From contig CAZUMH010000003.1 of NCBI GenBank assembly GCA_964621645.1, forward strand, positions 14,485 through 78,484: a stretch of 64,000 bases of DNA. The letters are read 5' to 3'. Every line of letters starts with the position of its first letter. Positions within the stretch are counted from its first letter, which is position 1. Below the pieces are notes generated by a model. The model ran no database searches and was not told where the DNA came from. It was given only the letters and a program-made list of their open reading frames with translations. Position numbers and translations under genes: made by a program. This stretch comes from an uncultured bacterium. Its GTDB lineage: Bacteria; Zhuqueibacterota; QNDG01; JAGLOF01. This document shows, in pieces, positions 1 through 9,334 of this stretch.

Positions 1-392
1 TAGGTAAACTGGAGGAATATGGCTTTTCCTCGGGCTATATTGATTTTACTGACCGAGGACGCCTCTGGGGCCATATCAGCATCGGGGCTCAGATGGTAAA
101 AGAGTGGATCGATAATCTGCCTGACGCTTTTCCCGAGGAGCTGAAGAATCTGGTCGTCCATATGATTTTAAGCCATCAGGGCGAACTGCAACACGGCTCT
201 CCGGTGCTGCCGGCAATAGTGGAAGCCATCATCCTCTATTACGCCGACGAGATGGATTCCAAAGCTAACGCCGTCAGCCATATCATCGAAAGGGATTCCG
301 GACCGGGACGCAGATGGAGCCAGTACATCAATCTTTTGGATAGATTTATCTATTTGGGTGAAACTAATCCGGAGGAGGACGGTTCCCCCTGA
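1..392 (+). CDS. HD-domain phosphohydrolase family protein, C-terminal fragment (gene begins upstream of window)
   Basis: The frame of ORF 93-392 stays open back to position 3 (..GKLEEYGFSSGYIDFTDRGRLWGHISIG..). It ends at a stop at 390-392 and is followed by a strong terminator. Family assignment is weak. Confidence 0.4.
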   Translation, partial: GKLEEYGFSSGYIDFTDRGRLWGHISIGAQMVKEWIDNLPDAFPEELKNLVVHMILSHQGELQHGSPVLPAIVEAIILYYADEMDSKANAVSHIIERDSGPGRRWSQYINLLDRFIYLGETNPEEDGSP

Positions 393-432
393 GCTTCATC
401 GAGGAACCGGATATATCCTGAGATGTCGCTGC

Positions 433-476
433 AAAAAAAATGGCGGGCTTCAAAAAGCCCGCCATTCTCATTTTTT
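433..476. terminator. Rho-independent terminator, bidirectional (A-run / 10-bp GC stem / T-run)
   Basis: The stem tggcgggctt (441-450) pairs with aagcccgcca (455-464) around a caaa loop. It is flanked by aaaaaaaa (433-440) and tttttt (471-476). It sits between convergent genes. Confidence 0.8.
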
Positions 477-483
477 CTTTATT

Positions 484-1827
484 CTATAGGAAGGATCCTA
501 AAAGAATGAGTAGAATCAGAAGCGGTGAAATGTACCGTATGGTAACCATCCAGAGTGTGGCCCCTTTGAAAGTGTGACCGCTAAGCTCAAGTTCCTTAAT
601 CGCGTTCGTTGTCTTCCAGCTCCAACCCACAAAAAGAGCGATAAAAAGCGCTCCGATGCTGAGAGAGAAATTGCCCCAGATCAGCATCCAGAAATCCAGA
701 AAACTCATATGCAGGAGAGGCAGATTGGTGAAGAAATTCACCGCTCCCTGGCCAAGCGCGGAAGGGATACCCACCAAGAAAGCTATTCCCCCCACCAGCA
801 TGGCGGCCTTCTTGCGGTTCCAGCTGCGTTCATCCACCACATAGGCGACCGGCACCTCAAGGATAGAAATAGTCGATGTGAGAGCGGCAATGGCCAGAAG
901 CAGGAAGAAAAGCGGTCCGAAAACAAACCCTCCGGGCATTTTAGCGAACAGTACCGGAAGGACATTGAACATGGTGCCGGAACCGGCAGCCGGATCCATA
1001 CCCTGGGAGAAGACAGCCGGGAAAATAATGAATCCTGCAATAATGGCGATGGCAGTGTCAAACAAAGCGATCCATCCACCCGCTGTGGCCAGATTTTCCT
1101 TTTTGCTCACGTAGGAGCCGTAAGTAATCATCGTTCCCATGCCCAGACTGAGACTGAAGAAGGCCTGTCCCATGGCCGCGATAATGATCTTCGGTTCCAG
1201 GGCTTTCAGATCCGGCTTTAGATAAAACTCCACTCCTTTGGATGCTCCCGGCAGTGTTAAGGCGCGGAGTAAAAGGAGAAGCAGGATTCCCAGGAGCATG
1301 GGCATGAGAATTTTGGAGAACTTTTCAATACCGCCCGCCACTCCCCGGGAGACCACATACACTGTCAGAAAGATAAACACAGCCAGCAGCAGTATCTGTA
1401 AAAATCCGTTGGCCGAAAAAGCCGTATAGGCTTGAACAGCCTCGGCACTCTGGATTCCCTTGAAATGGCCCAGTACCGCTTTGGCGAAATACCCCACCGT
1501 GGCTCCCGCCACTACCGAGTAGAAGGAAAGGATCATGAAACCGCTGGCAACGCCCAGGTAACCTACCAGTTTCCAGGCTGATCCGGGCTTAATGGCATTG
1601 AAAGCCCCCACCGGATTCTTGCCGGTATGGCGGCCCAGTGTGATTTCGGCCAAAAGAACCGGAAAGGCGATAATTACGACTGAAAGAAGGTAGATGATGA
1701 CAAAGAGCCCCCCGCCGTTCTCGCCCGCCGTGTATGGGAACTTCCAGAGATTTCCCAGTCCCACGGCCGACCCGGCCGCGGCAAGGATGAATCCCATTCT
1801 GCTGAAATTACCGCGATCTGCTTGCAT
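484..1827 (-). CDS. Sodium-dependent transporter, neurotransmitter:sodium symporter (NSS/SNF) family
   Basis: The N-terminus GFILAAAGSAVGLGNLWKFPY is the classic NSS signature. The 447-aa product is polytopic and hydrophobic. Confidence 0.85.
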   Translation of the reverse strand: MQADRGNFSRMGFILAAAGSAVGLGNLWKFPYTAGENGGGLFVIIYLLSVVIIAFPVLLAEITLGRHTGKNPVGAFNAIKPGSAWKLVGYLGVASGFMILSFYSVVAGATVGYFAKAVLGHFKGIQSAEAVQAYTAFSANGFLQILLLAVFIFLTVYVVSRGVAGGIEKFSKILMPMLLGILLLLLLRALTLPGASKGVEFYLKPDLKALEPKIIIAAMGQAFFSLSLGMGTMITYGSYVSKKENLATAGGWIALFDTAIAIIAGFIIFPAVFSQGMDPAAGSGTMFNVLPVLFAKMPGGFVFGPLFFLLLAIAALTSTISILEVPVAYVVDERSWNRKKAAMLVGGIAFLVGIPSALGQGAVNFFTNLPLLHMSFLDFWMLIWGNFSLSIGALFIALFVGWSWKTTNAIKELELSGHTFKGATLWMVTIRYISPLLILLILLGSFL

Positions 1828-1830
1828 AGA

Positions 1831-3537
1831 TTAATCCTTAAATTTCAGGTTAAGTCGTTTCGCCTCATCGGCATGTTCTTCTTTAAACTTGGCCCAGTAG
1901 TCGATGACGGAAGTCTTCATATCCCGGTGCAGGATGAGAATGCCGAAAAGATTCGGGACGGCCATGAGTACAATGGCAATATTGGCGAAGGTCCAGATTA
2001 TGGTAGTATCCGCCAACGCCGCAGCAAAGAAAGCGATGACATAGACAATGCGGTAGGGCAATACGAACTTCAATCCCAACAGATAGGTAATAGCGCGGTC
2101 GCCGTAGTAGGACCAGGAGATCACCGTTGAGAAAGCAAACAGAACTAATCCGATCGAGACCAAAAACTTGCCCCCTTCTCCGAAGAAACCGCGCCTGAAG
2201 GCCTCCGTGGTAAGCCGGGCGCTGTGCACCAGGGACCGCCCCTCTATCTCCAGGGAGGTGTCCACCGGTTTTCCCTCATCAATTTCCAGTTCCCCCGAAT
2301 AGGGTTCACCTTCTGATAAGAACTGGACATCCTCGGCCACCGAGCGGGCGTGAATGATAGTAAACGGTACATCGGAAGAGATACTCCCATCCTGCACCTG
2401 CAGGGTGCCGGTGTAAGGAAGGATCGTATCGTCGGATTCATGGTTGAGATGCCGGGTTAATGATTGTACGCCAGCGGCATCATGCTCATCCCAGACACCC
2501 TGAACGATCTCGAAATCGGCCCTTTGGAACGTGTTTGGGACCTTCTCGTTCCAGGCCCCCGAAGCCATGATTGCCAGGCCCGTCAGTGTGCAGATGATTA
2601 AGGTATCAATGAACGGCTCAAGCAGCGAGACCATGCCTTCCGAAACCGGCTCGTCCGCTTTGGCCGCGGAATGGGCGATCGCGGCGGAACCCTGTCCCGC
2701 CTCATTGGAATAGATGCCCCGGCTGACACCGTTGGTTAGAGCGAAGGAGAATGATGCTCCCAGGAATCCTCCCATAGCCGCCGTACCACTGAAGACATTC
2801 TTCAGAATACTGCCGAAGGCATGAAGGATATTGGAGGGATGCGCCAGGATCACCGCCAGGGCCCCGATTACATAAATAATGGCCATAAAGGGAACAATCT
2901 TCTCCGTCACTTTCGCGATCCGCCTGATCCCGCCGATGATGATCAGCGTGAGGATGACTGCCAGAAAGCCACCTGTAGCCCAGGGGGGGATTCCGAAGGT
3001 GGCATCCACGGAAACAGCCATATTATTAATCTGAGGCAAATTACCGGTTCCGAAACTGCAGATCACCGTGGCCACGGCAAAAATTACTGCCAGCCATTTC
3101 ATACGCAGCTTTTTCTCCATGTAAAACATGGGGCCGCCGGCGATACTGCCGTCCATTTCCACATCACGGTATTTATGAGAAAGAGTACATTCCACGAATT
3201 TCAGAGTCATACCGAAAAACGCCGTGGCCCACATCCAGAAAAGGGCCGCGGGACCTCCCATGAATATGGCCAGGCCCACTCCCGCGATATTACCGGTGCC
3301 CACGGTCCCGGACAGAGCCGTGGTCAACGACTGGAAATGGGTTGTATCGCCCTCAAAAGTATCCTTCTCATATTTCCCAGTAACAATTCTGGTAGCATGT
3401 TTGAAAAAACGCACTTGGGGAAACTTTAAATAGAGGGTAAAAAAGATACCTGTTCCCAGAAGCACAAAGGGAAACCAGTCGGAGTTGCTGCCGATTAATC
3501 CATTTACTGTAACGAGAAAATCATTGATGACATCCAT
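1831..3537 (-). CDS. Alanine/glycine:cation symporter (AGCS) family transporter with a ~100-aa acidic insertion
   Basis: AGCS-type motifs are present ([13 protein letters not shown]; [16 protein letters not shown]). At 568 aa the product is longer than typical. A hydrophilic, acidic segment lies between TM helices (see findings). Confidence 0.8.
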   Translation of the reverse strand: MDVINDFLVTVNGLIGSNSDWFPFVLLGTGIFFTLYLKFPQVRFFKHATRIVTGKYEKDTFEGDTTHFQSLTTALSGTVGTGNIAGVGLAIFMGGPAALFWMWATAFFGMTLKFVECTLSHKYRDVEMDGSIAGGPMFYMEKKLRMKWLAVIFAVATVICSFGTGNLPQINNMAVSVDATFGIPPWATGGFLAVILTLIIIGGIRRIAKVTEKIVPFMAIIYVIGALAVILAHPSNILHAFGSILKNVFSGTAAMGGFLGASFSFALTNGVSRGIYSNEAGQGSAAIAHSAAKADEPVSEGMVSLLEPFIDTLIICTLTGLAIMASGAWNEKVPNTFQRADFEIVQGVWDEHDAAGVQSLTRHLNHESDDTILPYTGTLQVQDGSISSDVPFTIIHARSVAEDVQFLSEGEPYSGELEIDEGKPVDTSLEIEGRSLVHSARLTTEAFRRGFFGEGGKFLVSIGLVLFAFSTVISWSYYGDRAITYLLGLKFVLPYRIVYVIAFFAAALADTTIIWTFANIAIVLMAVPNLFGILILHRDMKTSVIDYWAKFKEEHADEAKRLNLKFKD

Positions 3538-3686
3538 AATCTTCCTTTCAGTTTGAACGGCCGTTATCCAAGCGGAACTCCGGAATCAGGAAAATACTCG
3601 TGGAATCACTCTGACACGAGAAATCTGTGTTTTAATGCAGAGGAAGGGGGGCAGCAAACACTGTCCCCCTTTTCCTCTTCAGATAG

Positions 3687-4038
3687 TGGAGACGGTGGGA
3701 ATCGAACCCACGTCCGAGAACGCAACCCTGGAGACCACTACGTGCGTAGTCTGTTATTAATCTTCGCCGTTACAACCCAACAGACAGGATCGTTTCCGGC
3801 TGAGCCTGAGTGATATTCACTGTTTCCCTTCAGGCGAAGGAAACAGCTAACCCGCCGATTGCGACGTTCTTACCGGAACCCGGCAGGTGCGGTGCCGGCA
3901 GAACGGGCTACCTTTTAGGCAGCCAGTGCGTATGAATAATCGTTGCCGATTATTATGTGTTCTGGTTATTTACCAGGTGCCAGAACCTGGACACGCGCTC
4001 TCCAACACCGCAGAACCCGTCGAATCCAATTCGTCCCC
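3687..4038 (-). ncRNA. ssrA: tmRNA (ssrA), tag peptide reading (G/A)NDYSYALAA-stop
   Basis: The reverse-complement 5' end GGGGACGAATTGGATTCGACGGG matches the tmRNA acceptor/5' consensus. The 3' end GGTTCGATTCCCACCGTCTCCA is a tRNA-like T-arm plus acceptor. An internal reading frame GGC AAC GAT TAT TCA TAC GCA CTG GCT GCC TAA encodes NDYSYALAA. Confidence 0.9.
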
Positions 4039-4107
4039 GATGTTTTAACGCAGAAAAAAATTACTAAAAATCCTTCTGAATGTCAATTGAAAAGTCGTTT
4101 CGTTTAT

Positions 4108-5208
4108 CTATATATTATCAAGAGCTTCCAGGGCAAAGGCATAGGCTCCTACGGACACGGCCTCACTGGTGCCCAGCCTGGAAAGTCCGATTCCAATGCG
4201 CTTATGAGGATCATACCGGATCATCCTATTCTTTCCGGGCACGGCGACATCTTTAGCCTGCCCCACGAGAAACCGTTCCAGTGAGCCCGGTTCTTCCAAA
4301 TCGTACACCTTGGCTACCAGACGATTCATCTGCTGGCCCGCCAGGGTTTTCAAATAGCCATTCATCTCTTCCAGGAGTGCCGGTACAATGAGTGGATAGG
4401 CCCCGGAGAGCCCCCCTCCGACCACAATCAATCCATCCAGGATGGTCATTACCGTCGCCAAGGCGTCCCCCACCGTCTTACCCAGACGCTGAAAGGCCAG
4501 TCTCGCCGCCTTGGCATCACCGGGAGCCTGTTCCAGGGCGATGTCACGAATGGCTTTTGGATCGGGTGGATTATCATCTCCCGACTCCTCGGCGTAGACC
4601 CGTTTCACCGCCCGGATGCTGACACCCTCTTCGGCATAAGAGTGGGGCAGCAGCAGGTTTCGCAGGATCCAAATCTCGCCTGCGGCCGAATTGTCCCCGA
4701 TATAGAGACGGCCTCTGTGGACAAGTCCCCCGCCAAATCCAGTACCCAGCGTTATTCCAAAAAGATTACCGTAACGCTTGGGGCTGCCAGCCTCTTCCAG
4801 TAAACTGTTCACAAAAGGAAGGAATCCGGATATGGCTTCCCCCAGGGTAAAAAGATCACCGTCGTTGTTGATGAACACCGGAAGGCCGAACTCTTCTTCC
4901 AGAAACGGCCCCAGGGGCACGCCGCCCCTGAACGCGGGCAGGTTCACCAGATCACCGATAACCCCGGCCGGATAGTCGGCCGGTCCGGGAAAGGCAAAGC
5001 TTATCGCCACCGGTTCTTCCGGAAGGTTCTTCAGCACTTCCCTGAATCCCTCGACCATAGACAGTAAACAGCGCTCCAGGTTGTCGCCGTGGGCCTCTCT
5101 GCGAACCGGATCGACCACCGTCTTGTTTTCCCTCATGGCTGAGAAGATGAAATTTGTCCCTCCGGCATCCAAGGTCAGCACCGTCCGTCTGTCATTACGA
5201 TAATCCAT
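4108..5208 (-). CDS. ROK family sugar kinase (glucokinase/N-acetylglucosamine kinase-like) or ROK regulator
   Basis: The N-terminus LTLDAGGTNFIFSAM is the ROK/ASKHA phosphate-1 motif. Later glycine-rich motifs (GITLGTGFGGG) are also present. Confidence 0.7.
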   Translation of the reverse strand: MDYRNDRRTVLTLDAGGTNFIFSAMRENKTVVDPVRREAHGDNLERCLLSMVEGFREVLKNLPEEPVAISFAFPGPADYPAGVIGDLVNLPAFRGGVPLGPFLEEEFGLPVFINNDGDLFTLGEAISGFLPFVNSLLEEAGSPKRYGNLFGITLGTGFGGGLVHRGRLYIGDNSAAGEIWILRNLLLPHSYAEEGVSIRAVKRVYAEESGDDNPPDPKAIRDIALEQAPGDAKAARLAFQRLGKTVGDALATVMTILDGLIVVGGGLSGAYPLIVPALLEEMNGYLKTLAGQQMNRLVAKVYDLEEPGSLERFLVGQAKDVAVPGKNRMIRYDPHKRIGIGLSRLGTSEAVSVGAYAFALEALDNI

Positions 5209-5212
5209 TCAC

Positions 5213-6367
5213 CTATCTCCCGGCAGCAGGGCGTTGATGACGCACTGCTACATAGCCTATAAAAAGAAATGCCAGCAATGGAACAATAAATCCTACTTCC
5301 ACCGAAATCCTGTCAGCAATAAGCCCCATTAGAGGAGGCAGGATCGCTCCTCCAACAATTGCCGTAACCATAAGACCGGATAATTCATTCGTCTTTTCCG
5401 GCATTCCGTCAACGGTAATGGAGAAAATGAGCGGGAAAATATTGGCAAATCCCAGCCCAACCAGAATCACCGACACCAGCGCCACGATCTTTACCCCAAA
5501 AAACAGCCCCACGATCGCCAAAAACGATATCAGGGTCGTCAATAAGAAAAAACGCTTGGGCGACATCCAGGTGAGAATGACTCCCCCCAGGAGGCGTCCC
5601 ATAGTAAGCATTAGGAAAAAAAGGCCCGTTCCTAAAATGCCGATCTTCTCGATGTTTATCCCAAAGGCTTCTTCCAGATATAAGGGAATACCGGAACTCA
5701 TGCACACCTCTGCCCCGACATAGAGAAAGATGGCTGAAACCATCATAAACACGTAACGGTTTTTCAGAAGCCCCAGACAGGATCGGAACGTGGCCAGGTT
5801 TTCGGCACTTCCCTCCTTTTCTTTCACCTTCAATAATCCCACTGCTGCCAGAGTGACTATTATCGCCACACTGTATATAGGGAAAATAACGGACCAGTCC
5901 AATCCGAAGAAACGGGCCGCCAGGACCGGGATTACCGGGCCCGAAAGCGAGCCGATTGCCTTGACAAACTGTCCCAGAGAGAGGTTGCGGGAATACTTGC
6001 CCTCTTCCGAGACATCCCGCATGATGGGGTTGCCGGCTACCTGCAGAATCGTCGCTCCTCCGCCCAGAAGCAGAATAGTGACCAGAAACCGGGGGAAAGA
6101 CGTCAGGCCGAATATGGGGATGATCAAACCGACGAAGGCAACGATTAATCCTAAAAGGAGGATAAATTTCTTGCCTTTATGGGCTTGCAGAACTCCCATT
6201 GGCACAGAAAGCAGCCCGAACATAATAAATCCCACCAGAGGGATGAGAAACGCAAGTGAATTGCTGAGGGCGAACTGATTTTTTGCCAGCCCCACAAAGG
6301 GGCCGACTGCGTCAGCGAATCCCATAACCAGAAAAGCCAGAAAGATTGGCAGGACTCTTAGTTTCAT
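5213..6367 (-). CDS. MFS transporter, fucose/glucose:H+ symporter (FHS)-like sugar permease
   Basis: The 384-aa product has 12 predicted TM segments and MFS architecture. It is adjacent to the ROK kinase, separated by 4 nt, as a likely sugar uptake/kinase pair. Confidence 0.65.
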   Translation of the reverse strand: MKLRVLPIFLAFLVMGFADAVGPFVGLAKNQFALSNSLAFLIPLVGFIMFGLLSVPMGVLQAHKGKKFILLLGLIVAFVGLIIPIFGLTSFPRFLVTILLLGGGATILQVAGNPIMRDVSEEGKYSRNLSLGQFVKAIGSLSGPVIPVLAARFFGLDWSVIFPIYSVAIIVTLAAVGLLKVKEKEGSAENLATFRSCLGLLKNRYVFMMVSAIFLYVGAEVCMSSGIPLYLEEAFGINIEKIGILGTGLFFLMLTMGRLLGGVILTWMSPKRFFLLTTLISFLAIVGLFFGVKIVALVSVILVGLGFANIFPLIFSITVDGMPEKTNELSGLMVTAIVGGAILPPLMGLIADRISVEVGFIVPLLAFLFIGYVAVRHQRPAAGR

Positions 6368-6585
6368 GGCACTCTCCTTGGATAAGAAAGTTCAATGCGT
6401 GGATTCATTAAAATATCGAACGGAAGGGAAAAAAACAACGGCTTTTTACGGCCCGCCCAGGCATGAATCCCGAAAGAATCCGGATAAATACATGGGAGAA
6501 ACGTTCGTGGGTACCTTATCAATAGGAAGGCGCTCCTTTGGAAGCGCCTTTTAAGGGGTGGGGATAGTGGAAGAAGATGTAACTG

Positions 6586-7068
6586 CTAGTGTGTTGAGGC
6601 CAATAATAATTGGTTACTGCTTTTCAAGGACCGATAGCGGGCGAACCGGGCCGCTCCATCGACGTTAATTTTCATCGTATAGGACAAAGAATAGATTTCG
6701 TCTGACTCCCTTTGTACCCGAGCCAGGAGATTGTTATAGCGGTCGCGATATTCAAAGTGTAAAAATTGGACTCCCGTCAGCACAACATCCTGATTATGCC
6801 AAAGAGTTCCGCCTTCCAGGAAATAATCATGCAGGCCTCCATCCTCATCTCTGAAAAAGATACGGCTGGATTCCGCGTTTATAATAAAACGTACCCGATT
6901 CATTGTTCTATTCAATTCGCTGAATACCTCTCGATGGAATTCAGGAATAATCGCGCCGTTATCGTTGTTTGCCGAAAGCAGCGAATCCCTTCCCGGACTG
7001 AAAGAATAAAGAACGGTCACACCGGCTGATATAAGGATAGTAAATAAGATTATTGTTATTCTATTCAT
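6586..7068 (-). CDS. Hypothetical exported/membrane-anchored protein (N-terminal signal-anchor)
   Basis: The N-terminus ITIILFTILISAGVTVLYSF is a hydrophobic signal anchor. I recognise no family for it. Confidence 0.45.
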   Translation of the reverse strand: MNRITIILFTILISAGVTVLYSFSPGRDSLLSANNDNGAIIPEFHREVFSELNRTMNRVRFIINAESSRIFFRDEDGGLHDYFLEGGTLWHNQDVVLTGVQFLHFEYRDRYNNLLARVQRESDEIYSLSYTMKINVDGAARFARYRSLKSSNQLLLASTH

Positions 7069-7085
7069 CCCTGGTATCGAACCGT

Positions 7086-7262
7086 TTAATTTTTCCTTTT
7101 TTCTGGCGGCAATGGGTTAAAATAGAAGGCCGGACCGTCGGCGAGGAATCTCATTGTCATGACTTTTGTGTGACGGTTTCTCAGCAAGGACATATTTTCC
7201 GCACCGGTAAAGCCTTCCGGAGCGATAATGAAGTTTTTTCCTTTCGGCCATTCAAACCGCAT
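7086..7262 (-). CDS. Candidate small protein (58 aa), MRFEWPKGKNFIIAPEGFTGAEN..., with a perfect Shine-Dalgarno
   Basis: AGGAGG lies 6 nt upstream of an ATG at 7262-7260, and the stop is at 7086-7088. It lies 18 nt upstream of the 160-aa gene. It is absent from the ORF track, probably because it falls below the length cut-off. Confidence 0.4.
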   Translation of the reverse strand: MRFEWPKGKNFIIAPEGFTGAENMSLLRNRHTKVMTMRFLADGPAFYFNPLPPEKRKN

Positions 7263-7414
7263 TTCCCGCCTCCTTGTATATGGTTAACGATTTGATTAAT
7301 GCAAATATTGTACCTCTCGAGAAATCACTTTATCCTCTCTTTGAAATATCATGATAATTAATTGTTATATATCAAATTATCAAGACAGTAAAAATAAGGG
7401 ATAAAAAAGCTACA

Positions 7415-7444
7415 TTGACAAGCAGGTTTTTTTGTAAGTAAAAT
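7415..7444 (+). promoter_or_regulatory. Sigma70-like promoter consensus TTGACA-N18-TAAAAT with no obvious downstream plus-strand gene
   Basis: TTGACA lies at 7415-7420 and TAAAAT at 7439-7444, inside an AT-rich 450-bp intergenic region. Any transcript would run antisense into the 3' end of the histidinol-phosphatase gene. Confidence 0.3.
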
Positions 7445-7525
7445 CTCACATTTTGTAATCAAATATAAACAGAAAAGACTGCCTAAAGAGGGTAAATGTG
7501 GGGGATGGAAAAAGGAAAAAACGGA

Positions 7526-8338
7526 TCAAGATCCAGCCCGGAATATAGTCAGCCCCGAATCAGAGACAGCGGTACCGTATATCCCGGCCCTTTCGAGGCT
7601 CTTTTGGATGGAATCGAAATCCAGGCCCACTTCCTCAGGACGGTGAGCGTCCGAACCGGCACAAAACGCTATTCCAAGTTCTCCCGCCCGTCTGATGATG
7701 GCATCATCGGGATAGAGCCGGTTCGGTTTCTTGCGCAGGCCAGAGGAGTTCACCTCCAGAATGATATCCGCGCTCGCGATCCGGCTGAGTAACCGCTCCA
7801 GGCGCTGCTGTATTAAGGGATCGGTGAGAGAAAAAAGCCATTTAATTCCATCCATATGGCCGACAACATCCACCAGGCCGGAAGCTATCCCCTCCTCGTA
7901 CAGATTAAAATAGGTATTAACCTCCTGTCCCTGATCGAATTTCAAATCATCCAGCGGCGTTTTTAAAAAGACAAAAAGGCTGCCGAAATAATGGACCGAT
8001 CCGATGATATAATCGAAAGGATTGCTGGATCGCAGTTGCTGCAGCTGTTGCGCAAAATCCGGGAAGAGGCCGACTTCACCTCCCAGCAGGATGGAAATCG
8101 AGGGATATTTTTTTCTCAGCCTTTCTATCTCTTTCACATAGAGAGCGAGCTCTTCCCGGGTCATGGTGTGTCCATGATCATAGTCGGGCCCCAGCGGGAG
8201 GTGATCGCTGAATCCTATCTCCTTCAGCCCCAGATGCAGCGCCCGGAGCACGTACTGCTCTTCCAGACTATCGGCATGGTTGCAGCGGGCCGTGTGGATA
8301 TGGTAATCTCTTAATAGGGGAACCACAGTACTACTCAT
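7526..8338 (-). CDS. Histidinol-phosphatase, PHP family (HisJ/HisK-type)
   Basis: The N-terminal motif DYHIHTARCNHA matches PHP-domain metal-binding His motifs. Size is 270 aa. Confidence 0.75.
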   Translation of the reverse strand: MSSTVVPLLRDYHIHTARCNHADSLEEQYVLRALHLGLKEIGFSDHLPLGPDYDHGHTMTREELALYVKEIERLRKKYPSISILLGGEVGLFPDFAQQLQQLRSSNPFDYIIGSVHYFGSLFVFLKTPLDDLKFDQGQEVNTYFNLYEEGIASGLVDVVGHMDGIKWLFSLTDPLIQQRLERLLSRIASADIILEVNSSGLRKKPNRLYPDDAIIRRAGELGIAFCAGSDAHRPEEVGLDFDSIQKSLERAGIYGTAVSDSGLTIFRAGS

Positions 8339-9206
8339 CGGCAGCTAAAAGAGTCGAGATGGAGGAGAGTTTCCCCGGGTCCGTACCACTTTCTTTCGCC
8401 AACTGAAGGGTGATTTCGGCCAGAGCCTTGTAGGAAGGGAGCAGCCCGGGCAGATGGTCCCGGAGGACCCGTAGATGAGAGGCCACTGTTTCCCGATCTC
8501 CCCGTTGAATGGAACCGCTGAGGGCGGCCTCTACCCCTCGTTGTTCGATATTGTTCAGAGTGCTCCTGATCAAGGGGAACAGATATGACAAAGAGAGAGC
8601 ACTTTCGGCCTCATCCAGGCACTGTTGAGCTGCAAAAAGAAGTGAAACCAGATAATTTGAAGCCAGACTGCAGGCCAGATGATAGAACGGTTTGGCTTTC
8701 TCCGTCAGCAGGAAAGGTAATGCTCCCAGGGAATGGGCCAGGATTTTCAGCCTTTCTTCTGCTTCCGGATCCCCTTGCACAGCAATAGGGAGCCGATCCC
8801 AGGAAAGAGCCTCTCCTTCAAATGCAGGGAAGCTTAGGCAGGGATGGAATGAGCCCAACAAAGCTCCCCGCTCACGCAGAGGGGATAGCGTTTCTGCCGG
8901 CAGTAATCCGGAAAGATGTGCTGCCACAACACCTGAAGGGAACGTCAATAAGCAGGACAGCTCCGCTGCCATGAGCGCAATCTTGTCGTCAGGGAGAGCC
9001 AGGAAAATAAAAGTCGTATTAAGGGGAATTTCTCTTGCCGCGTCTGAAAAGGGGGCATTACAGATCCTGCCGCACGCTTCAGCCCGATGCTTGTTCTTAT
9101 CAACAACCAGAGAAATCTCTATGCCATGTTCGTTCAGGATTTGGGCCAGGGCCCGTCCTGCCCGACCGGCTCCCACCAGGCAAACTGAGCTGTCTTTTCT
9201 CTTCAT
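8331..9206 (-). CDS. Rossmann-fold NAD(P)-binding protein, DUF2520 family (start revised to ATG at 9206)
   Basis: The Rossmann motif VCLVGAGRAGRALAQIL is present. The ORF-track TTG start lies inside the -35 box of its own promoter. The ATG at 9206 has an AGGAAG RBS. Confidence 0.55.
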   Translation of the reverse strand: MKRKDSSVCLVGAGRAGRALAQILNEHGIEISLVVDKNKHRAEACGRICNAPFSDAAREIPLNTTFIFLALPDDKIALMAAELSCLLTFPSGVVAAHLSGLLPAETLSPLRERGALLGSFHPCLSFPAFEGEALSWDRLPIAVQGDPEAEERLKILAHSLGALPFLLTEKAKPFYHLACSLASNYLVSLLFAAQQCLDEAESALSLSYLFPLIRSTLNNIEQRGVEAALSGSIQRGDRETVASHLRVLRDHLPGLLPSYKALAEITLQLAKESGTDPGKLSSISTLLAADE

Positions 9207-9234
9207 CTGGCTTCCTTTCCGTAAAATCTGGTAT

Positions 9235-9264
9235 AGTATAACACAAACCGGCGCGATTGTCAAC
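9235..9264 (-). promoter_or_regulatory. Sigma70-type promoter TTGACA-N18-TATACT for the DUF2520 gene
   Basis: The reverse complement reads cTTGTTGACAatcgcgccggtttgtgtTATACTata. It lies 20 nt upstream of the AGGAAG RBS and ATG(9206). Confidence 0.7.
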
Positions 9265-9334
9265 AAGAAAGAGCTTGTACATGTTAGGATTATTTTTTAC
9301 ATTTATTATTATTTAAAATTCTATCCAGGAAAAC

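Noticed and set aside
574-1221. Long antisense or alternative-frame ORFs inside confident genes (574-1221, 2821-3429, 8692-9552, 21633-22346, 22549-23247, 29951-30670, 55104-55694, 55755-56525, 58480-59235, 61558-62514).
   Set aside because: Each lies wholly inside a gene with strong family motifs on the other strand or frame. Their translations are Arg/Ser/Gly/Pro-rich low-complexity, typical of stop-poor alternative frames in ~55% GC DNA. None has an RBS.
3553-4284. Plus-strand ORFs 3553-3813 and 3943-4284 were considered as small proteins.
   Set aside because: They overlap the tmRNA gene on the opposite strand, which has unambiguous 5' and 3' tRNA-like ends and a tag ORF. Their translations are not protein-like.
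6515-6552. Hairpin aggcgct-cctttgga-agcgcct followed by TTTTAA on the plus strand.
   Set aside because: No plus-strand gene ends upstream of it. On the minus strand, downstream of the 160-aa gene, the U-tract is poor. Its terminator function is ambiguous, so it is not reported as a feature.
7496-7792. A 98-aa plus-strand ORF with an AGAGGG-N4-ATG context downstream of the plus-strand promoter-like motif.
   Set aside because: Its translation (MWGMEKGKNGSRSSPEYSQPRIRD...) is low-complexity. It lies fully antisense to the conserved 3' half of the PHP histidinol phosphatase. It is treated as noncoding, with a possible antisense transcript only.
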